DNA of 47,489 nucleotides from a virus (Duplodnaviria; Heunggongvirae; Uroviricota; Caudoviricetes): IMG/VR virus record IMGVR_UViG_2671180547_000013; one strand, 5' to 3'. Shown piece by piece: positions 39,908 to 47,489 of this stretch (position 1 is its first letter; each line of letters starts with the position of its first letter). The notes under the pieces were generated by a model. It saw only the letters and a program-made list of their open reading frames with translations, ran no database searches and was not told where the DNA came from. The position numbers and the translations under genes were made by a program.

Positions 39908-40452
39908 AAACGGGGGCCGAAGCCATCCGGGCACTGGCCACACAGCTCCCGGCATTTCGTCAGAAACTGAGCGACGGCTGGTATCAGGTGCGCATTGCCG
40001 GGCGTGATGCAGGCGAAAATGAATTATCTGCCCGTCTTAATGAACCGCTGGCAAATGGTGCCGTGATCCACATCGTTCCGCGTCTGGCGGGTGCCAAAAG
40101 TGGCGGTGTGTTTCAGGCGGTGCTGGGTGCGGCGCTGATTGCGGTGGCATGGTGGAACCCTGTGGGCTGGCTGGGGGCCGCGGCTGTATCGGGTATGTAT
40201 GCAGCAGGGGCCAGTATGATCCTGGGTGGTGTGGCGCAGATGCTGGCACCGAAAGCCAGGACGCCCACGGCAGCCAGTACAGATAACGGCAAACAGAACA
40301 CGTATTTCTCGTCACTGGATAACATGGTTGCCCAGGGTAATGTTCTGCCTGTTCTGTACGGGGAAATGCGCGTGGGGTCACGTGTGGTTTCTCAGGAGAT
40401 CAGCACGGCAGACGAAGGGGATGGTGGTCAGGTTGTGGTGATTGGTCGCTGA
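39805..40452 (+). CDS. Tail assembly protein I (lambda gpI-like)
   Basis: Start MAATHTLPLASPGMARICLYGDLQRFGRRIDL and C-terminal VVSQEISTADEGDGGQVVVIGR match lambda gpI as recalled; overlaps K. Confidence 0.85.
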   Translation: MAATHTLPLASPGMARICLYGDLQRFGRRIDLRVKTGAEAIRALATQLPAFRQKLSDGWYQVRIAGRDAGENELSARLNEPLANGAVIHIVPRLAGAKSGGVFQAVLGAALIAVAWWNPVGWLGAAAVSGMYAAGASMILGGVAQMLAPKARTPTAASTDNGKQNTYFSSLDNMVAQGNVLPVLYGEMRVGSRVVSQEISTADEGDGGQVVVIGR

Positions 40453-40470
40453 TGCAAAATGTTTTATGAG

Positions 40471-40497
40471 AAACCGCCTGCGGGCGGTTTTGTCGTT
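40471..40497 (+). terminator. Terminator-like hairpin between I and J
   Basis: AAACCGCC-TGCG-GGCGGTTT followed by TGTCGTTTAT. Confidence 0.45.
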
Positions 40498-40512
40498 TAT
40501 GGAGCGTGAGGA

Positions 40513-43500
40513 ATGGGTAAAGGCAGCAGTAAGGGGCATACCCCGCGCGAAGCGAAGGACAACCTGAAGTCCACGCAGCTGCTGAGTGTGATCGATGCCA
40601 TCAGTGAAGGGCCGGTTGAAGGTCCGGTGGATGGATTAAAAAGCGTGCTGCTGAACAGTACGCCGGTGCTGGACAATGAGGGGAATACCAACATCTCCGG
40701 CGTCACGGTGGTGTTCCGGGCAGGTGAGCAGGAGCAGTCACCGCCGGAGGGGTTTGAATCCTCCGGCTCCGAGACGGTGCTGGGTACGGAAGTGAAATAT
40801 GACACGCCGATCACCCGGACCATCACGTCGGCAAACATCGACCGTCTGCGCTTTACCTTCGGTGTACAGGCACTGGTGGAAACCACCTCAAAGGGAGACA
40901 GGAATCCGTCGGAAGTCCGCCTGCTGGTTCAGATACAGCGTAACGGTGGCTGGGTGACGGAAAAAGACATCACCATTAAGGGCAAAACCACCTCGCAGTA
41001 TCTGGTCTCGGTGGTGGTGGATAACCTGCCTCCGCGCCCGTTCAGTATCCGGATGCGCAGGATGACACCGGACAGCACCACAGACCAGCTGCAGAACAAA
41101 ACGCTCTGGTCGTCATACACCGAAATCATCGATGTGAAACAGTGCTACCCGAACACTGCACTGGTCGGCGTACAGGTGGACTCGGAGCAGTTCGGCAGCC
41201 AGCAGGTGAGTCGTAATTATCATCTTCGCGGGCGCATTCTGCAGGTGCCGTCGAACTATAACCCGCAGACGCGACAATACAGCGGTATCTGGGACGGAAC
41301 GTTAAAACCAGCATACAGCAACAACATGGCCTGGTGTCTGTGGGATATGCTGACCCACCCGCGCTACGGCATGGGGAAACGTCTTGGTGCGGCGGATGTG
41401 GACAAATGGGCGCTGTATGTCATCGGCCAGTACTGCGACCAGTCAGTGCCGGACGGCTTTGGCGGCACGGAGCCGCGCATCACCTGTAATGCGTACCTGA
41501 CCACACAGCGCAAGGCGTGGGATGTGCTCAGTGATTTCTGCTCGGCGATGCGCTGTATGCCGGTATGGAACGGGCAGACGCTGACGTTCGTGCAGGACCG
41601 ACCGTCGGATAAGGTGTGGACCTATAACCGCAGTAATGTGGTGATGCCGGATGATGGCGCGCCGTTCCGCTACAGCTTCAGCGCCCTGAAAGACCGCCAT
41701 AATGCCGTTGAGGTGAACTGGATTGACCCGGATAACGGCTGGGAGACGGCGACAGAGCTTGTGGAGGATACGCAGGCCATTGCCCGTTACGGTCGTAACG
41801 TCACGAAGATGGATGCTTTTGGCTGTACCAGCCGGGGGCAGGCACACCGCGCCGGGCTGTGGCTGATTAAAACAGAACTGCTGGAAACGCAGACCGTGGA
41901 CTTCAGCGTGGGCGCAGAAGGGCTTCGCCATGTGCCGGGCGATGTCATTGAAATCTGTGATGATGACTATGCGGGTATCAGCATCGGCGGGCGCGTGCTG
42001 GCGGTAAACAGCCAGACCCGGACGCTGACGCTCGACCGTGAAATCACGCTGCCATCCTCCGGCACCACGCTGATAAGCCTGGTTGACGGGCAGGGGAATC
42101 CGGTCAGCGTGGAGGTCCAGTCCGTCACCGACGGCGTGAAGGTGAAAGTGAGCCGTGTTCCTGACGGCGTTGCTGAATACAGCGTGTGGGGGCTGAAGCT
42201 GCCGACGTTGCGCCAGCGCCTGTTCCGCTGTGTGAGTATCCGTGAGAACGATGACGGCACGTATGCCATCACCGCCGTGCAGCATGTGCCGGAAAAAGAA
42301 GCCATCGTGGATAACGGGGCGCACTTTGACGGCGACCAGAGCGGCACGGTGAATGGTGTCACGCCGCCAGCGGTGCAGCACCTGACTGCCGAAGTCACCG
42401 CAGACAGCGGGGAATATCAGGTGCTGGCGCGCTGGGACACGCCGAAGGTGGTGAAGGGGGTGAGCTTTATGCTTCGCCTGACCGTGGCAGCGGATGACGG
42501 CAGTGAGCGGCTGGTCAGCACGGCCCGGACGACGGAAACCACATACCGCTTCACGCAACTGGCGCTGGGACGGTACACGCTGACAGTCCGGGCGGTAAAT
42601 GCCTGGGGACAGCAGGGCGATCCGGCGTCGGTATCGTTCAGGATTGCCGCACCGGTAGCACCGTCGCGGATTGAGCTGACGCCGGGCTATTTTCAGATAA
42701 CTGCCACGCCGCATCTTGCGGTTTATGATCCGACGGTACAGTTTGAGTTCTGGTTCTCGGAAACGCGGATTACCGATATCAGGCAGGTTGAAACCACAGC
42801 CCGCTACCTTGGCGCGGGGCTGTACTGGATAGCCGCCAGTATCAATATCAAACCGGGCCATGATTATTACTTTTATATCCGCAGTGTGAACACCGTTGGC
42901 AAATCGGCATTCGTGGAGGCCGTCGGTCGGGCGAGCGATGATGCGGAAGGTTACCTGGATTTTTTCAAAGGCAAGATAACCGAATCCCATCTCGGTAAAG
43001 AGCTGCTGGAAAAAGTTGATCTGACGGAGGATAACGCCAGCAGACTGGATGAGTTTTCGAAAGAGTGGAAGGACGCTAACGATAAATGGAATGCGATGTG
43101 GGGCGTCAAAATTGAGCAGACCAAAGACGGCAAACATTATGTCGCGGGTATTGGCCTCAGCATGGAGGACACGGAGGAAGGCAAGCTGAGCCAGTTTCTG
43201 GTTGCCGCCAATCGTATCGCGTTTATTGACCCGGCAAACGGGAATGAAACGCCGATGTTTGTGGCGCAGGGCAACCAGATATTCATGAACGACGTGTTCC
43301 TGAAGCGCCTGACAGCCCCCGCCATTACCAGCGGTGGCAGTCCTCCGGTATTTTCCCTGACATCAGACGGAAAGCTGACCGCTAAAAATGCGGATATCAG
43401 TGGTAGTGTGAATGCGAACTCAGGAACGCTCAACAATGTCACGATTAACCAGAACTGTACGATTAAGGGCATGCTGGAGGCGACCCAGGTCAGAGGGGAT

Positions 43501-43926
43501 TTCGTTAAAGCTGTATCAAAAGCCTTCCCGAAAAAAGTCGGTACGTGGGGTAACACGGAAACACCAGACGGTACGGTTACAGTCACCATCAGCGATGATC
43601 ATAACTTTGACCGCCAGATTATTATTCCGCCCATTATTTTTAACGGTATAGCGTATGACGATCCGGGGAGCGGAAATAACCCGGGAGGCACGCGATACAC
43701 GGGTTATGGTTTTGAAGTTCGCAAAAACGGCGTATTAATCGCATCCAGAGAAACTAAAGGTGCCATTCCCGGTAGTTACAGTGCAGTTATTGATATGCCT
43801 AGTGGTGGTGGTAGCGTCACTCTGGAGTTTAAGATTTTCCAGAAAGGCAATCAGGGGGCAGGCAATATCACCGACTGTACGGTGATTGTGACCAAAAAAG
43901 CGGCTTCCGGCATCAGTATTCGTTGA
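40513..43926 (+). CDS. Tail tip / central tail fiber host-specificity protein J, 1137 aa
   Basis: Near-lambda J sequence over most of its length as recalled; GAGGA Shine-Dalgarno; C-terminal region differs from lambda. Confidence 0.9.
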   Translation: MGKGSSKGHTPREAKDNLKSTQLLSVIDAISEGPVEGPVDGLKSVLLNSTPVLDNEGNTNISGVTVVFRAGEQEQSPPEGFESSGSETVLGTEVKYDTPITRTITSANIDRLRFTFGVQALVETTSKGDRNPSEVRLLVQIQRNGGWVTEKDITIKGKTTSQYLVSVVVDNLPPRPFSIRMRRMTPDSTTDQLQNKTLWSSYTEIIDVKQCYPNTALVGVQVDSEQFGSQQVSRNYHLRGRILQVPSNYNPQTRQYSGIWDGTLKPAYSNNMAWCLWDMLTHPRYGMGKRLGAADVDKWALYVIGQYCDQSVPDGFGGTEPRITCNAYLTTQRKAWDVLSDFCSAMRCMPVWNGQTLTFVQDRPSDKVWTYNRSNVVMPDDGAPFRYSFSALKDRHNAVEVNWIDPDNGWETATELVEDTQAIARYGRNVTKMDAFGCTSRGQAHRAGLWLIKTELLETQTVDFSVGAEGLRHVPGDVIEICDDDYAGISIGGRVLAVNSQTRTLTLDREITLPSSGTTLISLVDGQGNPVSVEVQSVTDGVKVKVSRVPDGVAEYSVWGLKLPTLRQRLFRCVSIRENDDGTYAITAVQHVPEKEAIVDNGAHFDGDQSGTVNGVTPPAVQHLTAEVTADSGEYQVLARWDTPKVVKGVSFMLRLTVAADDGSERLVSTARTTETTYRFTQLALGRYTLTVRAVNAWGQQGDPASVSFRIAAPVAPSRIELTPGYFQITATPHLAVYDPTVQFEFWFSETRITDIRQVETTARYLGAGLYWIAASINIKPGHDYYFYIRSVNTVGKSAFVEAVGRASDDAEGYLDFFKGKITESHLGKELLEKVDLTEDNASRLDEFSKEWKDANDKWNAMWGVKIEQTKDGKHYVAGIGLSMEDTEEGKLSQFLVAANRIAFIDPANGNETPMFVAQGNQIFMNDVFLKRLTAPAITSGGSPPVFSLTSDGKLTAKNADISGSVNANSGTLNNVTINQNCTIKGMLEATQVRGDFVKAVSKAFPKKVGTWGNTETPDGTVTVTISDDHNFDRQIIIPPIIFNGIAYDDPGSGNNPGGTRYTGYGFEVRKNGVLIASRETKGAIPGSYSAVIDMPSGGGSVTLEFKIFQKGNQGAGNITDCTVIVTKKAASGISIR

Positions 43927-43948
43927 AATATTTATAACCCCAATAAAT

Positions 43949-43973
43949 GGCGTCAGGAATGACGCCTTTTTTA
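43949..43973 (+). terminator. Intrinsic terminator after J
   Basis: GGCGTCA-GGAA-TGACGCC followed by TTTTTTATT. Confidence 0.7.
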
Positions 43974-43996
43974 TTGCAGAAAAGCGAGAGGTAATT

Positions 43997-44596
43997 ATGC
44001 GTAAAGTTTGTGCCGCCATTTTGTCCGCAGCCATTTGTCTGGCCGTATCCGGTGCGCCTGCATGGGCGTCTGAACATCAGTCCACGCTGAGCGCGGGGTA
44101 TCTTCATGCCCGGACCAACGTTCCCGGCAGTGATGATCTGAACGGGATTAACGTGAAATACCGTTATGAGTTTACGGATACGCTGGGGCTGGTGACGTCA
44201 TTCAGCTATGCAGGAGACAAGAATCGCCAGCTGACCCGTTACAGCGATACCCGCTGGCATGAAGATTCCGTTCGTAACCGCTGGTTCAGCGTAATGGCGG
44301 GGCCGTCTGTGCGCGTGAATGAATGGTTCAGCGCGTATGCGATGGCGGGTGTGGCTTACAGCCGTGTGTCGACTTTCTCCGGGGATTATCTCCGCGTAAC
44401 TGACAACAAGGGGAAAACGCACGACGTGCTGACCGGAAGTGATGACGGTCGCCACAGCAACACGTCTCTGGCGTGGGGAGCTGGCGTGCAGTTTAACCCG
44501 ACCGAATCCGTGGCCATTGATATTGCTTATGAAGGCTCCGGCAGTGGCGACTGGCGCACTGACGGTTTCATCGTGGGTGTCGGTTATAAATTCTGA
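43997..44596 (+). CDS. lom: Lom-family outer membrane beta-barrel protein (Ail/Lom/PagC family), 199 aa
   Basis: Signal peptide MRKVCAAILSAAICLAVSGAPAWA; C-terminal FIVGVGYKF beta-barrel terminus; position after J. Confidence 0.85.
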   Translation: MRKVCAAILSAAICLAVSGAPAWASEHQSTLSAGYLHARTNVPGSDDLNGINVKYRYEFTDTLGLVTSFSYAGDKNRQLTRYSDTRWHEDSVRNRWFSVMAGPSVRVNEWFSAYAMAGVAYSRVSTFSGDYLRVTDNKGKTHDVLTGSDDGRHSNTSLAWGAGVQFNPTESVAIDIAYEGSGSGDWRTDGFIVGVGYKF

Positions 44597-44622
44597 TTAG
44601 CCAGGTAACACAGTGTTATGAC

Positions 44623-44649
44623 AGCCCGCCGGTTCAGGCGGGCTTTTTT
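44623..44649 (+). terminator. Intrinsic terminator after lom
   Basis: AGCCCGCC-GGTTCA-GGCGGGCT followed by TTTTTT. Confidence 0.7.
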
Positions 44650-44660
44650 GTGGGGTGAAT

Positions 44661-47489
44661 ATGGCAGTAAAGATTTCAGGTGTACTGAAAGACGGCACAG
44701 GAAAACCGGTACAGAACTGCACAATCCAGCTGAAAGCAAAACGTAACAGCACCACGGTGGTGGTGAACACGCTGGCCTCAGAAAATCCGGATGAAGCCGG
44801 GCGTTACAGCATGGACGTTGAGTACGGTCAGTACAGCGTTATTCTGTTGGTGGAAGGATTCCCGCCGTCACATGCCGGGACCATCACTGTGTATGAAGAT
44901 TCCCGACCCGGTACGCTGAATGATTTTCTCGGTGCCATGACGGAGGATGATGCCCGTCCGGAGGCTCTGCGCCGTTTTGAACTGATGGTGGAAGAGGTGG
45001 CGCGTAACGCGTCCGCGGTGGCACAGAACACGGCAGCCGCGAAGAAGTCAGCCAGTGATGCCGGCACATCTGCCCGTGAGGCGGCAACCCATGCGACTGA
45101 TGCTGCAGGCTCAGCGCGTGCAGCCAGCACGTCAGCCGGACAGGCCGCGACTTCGGCTCAGGAGGCGTCTTCCAGCGCAGGAACGGCATCAACAAAGGCC
45201 ACTGAAGCATCAAAAAGTGCTGCCGCTGCAGAGTCCTCAAAAAGCGCGGCGGCCACCAGTGCCGGTGCGGCGAAAACGTCAGAAACGAATGCTGCAGCGT
45301 CACAAAAATCAGCAGCCACTTCTGCATCCACTGCGACAACGAAAGCGTCAGAAGCCGCCACTTCAGCCAGAGATGCGGCGGCCTCCAAAGAGGCGGCAAA
45401 ATCATCAGAAACGAACGCCTCCACAAGCGCCAGCAGTGCAGCCTCCTCGGCAACGGCGGCAGGAAATTCCGTGAAGGCGGCAAAAACGTCCGAGACGAAT
45501 GCTAAGTCTTCTGAAACGGCAGCGGAACAGAGCGCCTCAGCTGCGGCAGACTCTGAGACAGCAGCTGCATCATCGGCCCGTGAGGCGTCCATTAAGGCAG
45601 AGGAGGCAGCAGTCAGTGCCACCGCCGCCGGAAAATCGGCAGAAAGCGCCGCATCATCCGCTTCAACAGCCACAACGAAGGCTGGCGAAGCCACTGAACA
45701 GGCCAGCGCAGCAGCGAGGTCTGCTTCCGCAGCGAAGACATCCGAAACGAACGCGAAAGCGTCGGAAACCAGCGCAGAATCCTCAAAAACGGCTGCCGCA
45801 TCGTCCGCCAGTTCGGCGGCGTCATCGGCATCATCTGCGTCTGCTTCAAAAGATGAGGCGACCAGACAGGCGTCAGCAGCGAGGGGCAGCGCCACGACGG
45901 CATCCACGAAGGCGACAGAGGCTGCTGGCAGTGCGGCAGCGGCAGCACAGAGCAAAAGTACGGCGGAATCCGCGGCAACGCGCGCCGAGACAGCAGCAAA
46001 ACGGGCAGAGGATATTGCATCCGCCGTGGCGCTTGAGGATGCGAGCACGACGAAAAAGGGGATAGTACAGCTCAGCAGTGCGACCAACAGCACTTCCGAG
46101 TCACAGGCGGCAACGCCAAAAGCCGTTAAGGCCGCGTATGACCTGGCTAACGGGAAATACACCGCACAGGACGCTACGACAGCACAAAAAGGAATTGTCC
46201 AGCTCAGTAGTGCAACCAACAGCACATCTGAAACGCTTGCTGCGACACCGAAAGCAGTGAAAGCAGCTAATGACAATGCGAATGGTCGGGTACCTTCTGC
46301 CCGTAAGGTGAATGGTAAGGCGCTTTCAGCGGATATAACACTGACGCCGAAAGATATTGGTACGCTTAACTCAACAACAATGTCATTCAGCGGTGGTGCT
46401 GGTTGGTTCAAATTAGCAACGGTAACCATGCCACAGGCGAGTTCTGTTGTTTCAATTACGTTGATTGGTGGCGCTGGATTTAACGTGGGGTCACCTCAAC
46501 AGGCAGGTATATCTGAACTTGTTTTACGTGCAGGTAATGGTAATCCGAAGGGGATTACTGGTGCTTTATGGCAGCGCACATTGACAGGGTTTACAAATTT
46601 TGCCTGGGTTAATACATCTGGTGATACTTACGATATTTACGTTGCAATCGGAAATTATGCGACTGGTGTAAATATTCAATGGGATTATACCAGTAATGCC
46701 AGCGTGACGATTCATACGTCACCAGCATATTCTGCTAATAAGCCGGAAGGGTTAACGGACGGTACAGTTTATTCACTCTATACGCCATCAGAGCAGTTTT
46801 ATCCGCCTGGCGCACCAATCCCGTGGCCATCAGATACCGTTCCGTCTGGCTATGCCCTGATGCAGGGGCAGGCTTTTGACAAATCTGCATACCCGAAACT
46901 TGCAGCGGCTTATCCGTCAGGCGTGATCCCTGATATGCGTGGCTGGACGATTAAGGGCAAACCTGCCAGTGGTCGGGCCGTATTGTCTCAGGAACAGGAC
47001 GGCATTAAATCGCATACCCACAGCGCCAGCGCATCCAGTACGGATTTGGGGACGAAAACCACATCGTCGTTTGATTACGGCACTAAATCCACGAATAACA
47101 CTGGTGCGCATACCCATAGTTTAAGTGGCAGCACGAATGCAGCTGGTAATCACAGCCATAGAGATGGCCGTCGATTTAACCCCAGTGTTTTTAAAGATAC
47201 TTATCAATATGGTTATACAAGCTCAGGTCAAAATACCTGGGGTGTACAAGGCTCAGTAGGTATGTCTACGGGGTGGTTAGCGAATACCAGTATAGATGGT
47301 AATCATAGCCATTCACTGTCCGGCACAGCAGCATCTGCAGGTGCACACGCGCATACTGTCGGTATTGGTGCTCATACGCACTCCGTTGCGATTGGTTCAC
47401 ATGGACACACCATCACCGTTAACGCTGCTGGTAACGCGGAAAACACCGTCAAAAACATCGCATTTAACTATATTGTGAGGCTTGCATAA
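44661..47489 (+). CDS. stf: Side tail fiber protein Stf, 942 aa (complete; stop is last codon of window)
   Basis: Start [24 protein letters not shown]; long Ala/Ser/Thr-rich region, tandem fiber repeats, His-rich GxHxH motifs near the C-terminus. Confidence 0.85.
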   Translation: MAVKISGVLKDGTGKPVQNCTIQLKAKRNSTTVVVNTLASENPDEAGRYSMDVEYGQYSVILLVEGFPPSHAGTITVYEDSRPGTLNDFLGAMTEDDARPEALRRFELMVEEVARNASAVAQNTAAAKKSASDAGTSAREAATHATDAAGSARAASTSAGQAATSAQEASSSAGTASTKATEASKSAAAAESSKSAAATSAGAAKTSETNAAASQKSAATSASTATTKASEAATSARDAAASKEAAKSSETNASTSASSAASSATAAGNSVKAAKTSETNAKSSETAAEQSASAAADSETAAASSAREASIKAEEAAVSATAAGKSAESAASSASTATTKAGEATEQASAAARSASAAKTSETNAKASETSAESSKTAAASSASSAASSASSASASKDEATRQASAARGSATTASTKATEAAGSAAAAAQSKSTAESAATRAETAAKRAEDIASAVALEDASTTKKGIVQLSSATNSTSESQAATPKAVKAAYDLANGKYTAQDATTAQKGIVQLSSATNSTSETLAATPKAVKAANDNANGRVPSARKVNGKALSADITLTPKDIGTLNSTTMSFSGGAGWFKLATVTMPQASSVVSITLIGGAGFNVGSPQQAGISELVLRAGNGNPKGITGALWQRTLTGFTNFAWVNTSGDTYDIYVAIGNYATGVNIQWDYTSNASVTIHTSPAYSANKPEGLTDGTVYSLYTPSEQFYPPGAPIPWPSDTVPSGYALMQGQAFDKSAYPKLAAAYPSGVIPDMRGWTIKGKPASGRAVLSQEQDGIKSHTHSASASSTDLGTKTTSSFDYGTKSTNNTGAHTHSLSGSTNAAGNHSHRDGRRFNPSVFKDTYQYGYTSSGQNTWGVQGSVGMSTGWLANTSIDGNHSHSLSGTAASAGAHAHTVGIGAHTHSVAIGSHGHTITVNAAGNAENTVKNIAFNYIVRLA
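46053..46310 (+). repeat. Tandem duplication of a 44-codon tail-fiber repeat unit within stf
   Basis: [34 protein letters not shown]... and [34 protein letters not shown]... encoded by diverged adjacent DNA copies about 132 nt apart. Confidence 0.7.

Noticed and set aside
41443-43137. 564-aa minus-strand ORF (and several smaller ones) inside gene J
   Set aside because: Lies entirely antisense to a well-supported J gene; Arg/Pro/Ala-rich composition typical of GC-rich antisense frames; no start context.
45055-46429. Long ORFs on both strands overlapping the stf Ala/Ser-rich region (423 aa minus; 139 and 188 aa plus, Arg/Pro/Gln-rich)
   Set aside because: Artefacts of the GCN-codon repeat region, whose reverse complement and shifted frames are also stop-free; stf frame is the only one with a credible start and conserved N- and C-termini.
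1-47489. CRISPR arrays or other regularly spaced direct repeats
   Set aside because: No regularly spaced short direct repeats seen; the only tandem repeats are in-frame within stf.

Overview
The window is almost entirely one lambdoid prophage of the E. coli Rac type, starting exactly at the integrase stop codon and ending at the stop codon of the side tail fiber gene. Unlike the defective Rac remnant of E. coli K-12, this copy appears intact. Left arm, minus strand: int, xis-like, ralR, recT, recE, racC, ydaE, kilR, ydaG/ydaF. Then sieB, a repressor/Cro-like immunity switch with a shared ATGTACT motif, ydaT-like, and replication genes (ydaU-like, a DnaC-like loader cut by a 250-nt N run). Right arm, plus strand: ybcN/ybcO-like genes, a Q-like antiterminator with a palindromic terminator, holin/SAR-endolysin/Rz/Rz1, the trkG moron, and a complete packaging, head and tail module. 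Calls rest on motifs read from the translations, synteny and recalled family knowledge; no searches were run. The most interesting unexplained content is in low-GC inserts: (i) a two-gene cassette at 11.8-13.9 kb whose first protein carries a HEPN-type Rx4H motif, a candidate defence or abortive-infection module; (ii) a YeaR-like gene whose start is overlapped by a palindrome resembling an NsrR operator; (iii) two TolA domain III-like lipoproteins between the late terminator and the lysis genes; (iv) a ParB-like protein translationally coupled to a GT-A-like putative glycosyltransferase upstream of terminase.
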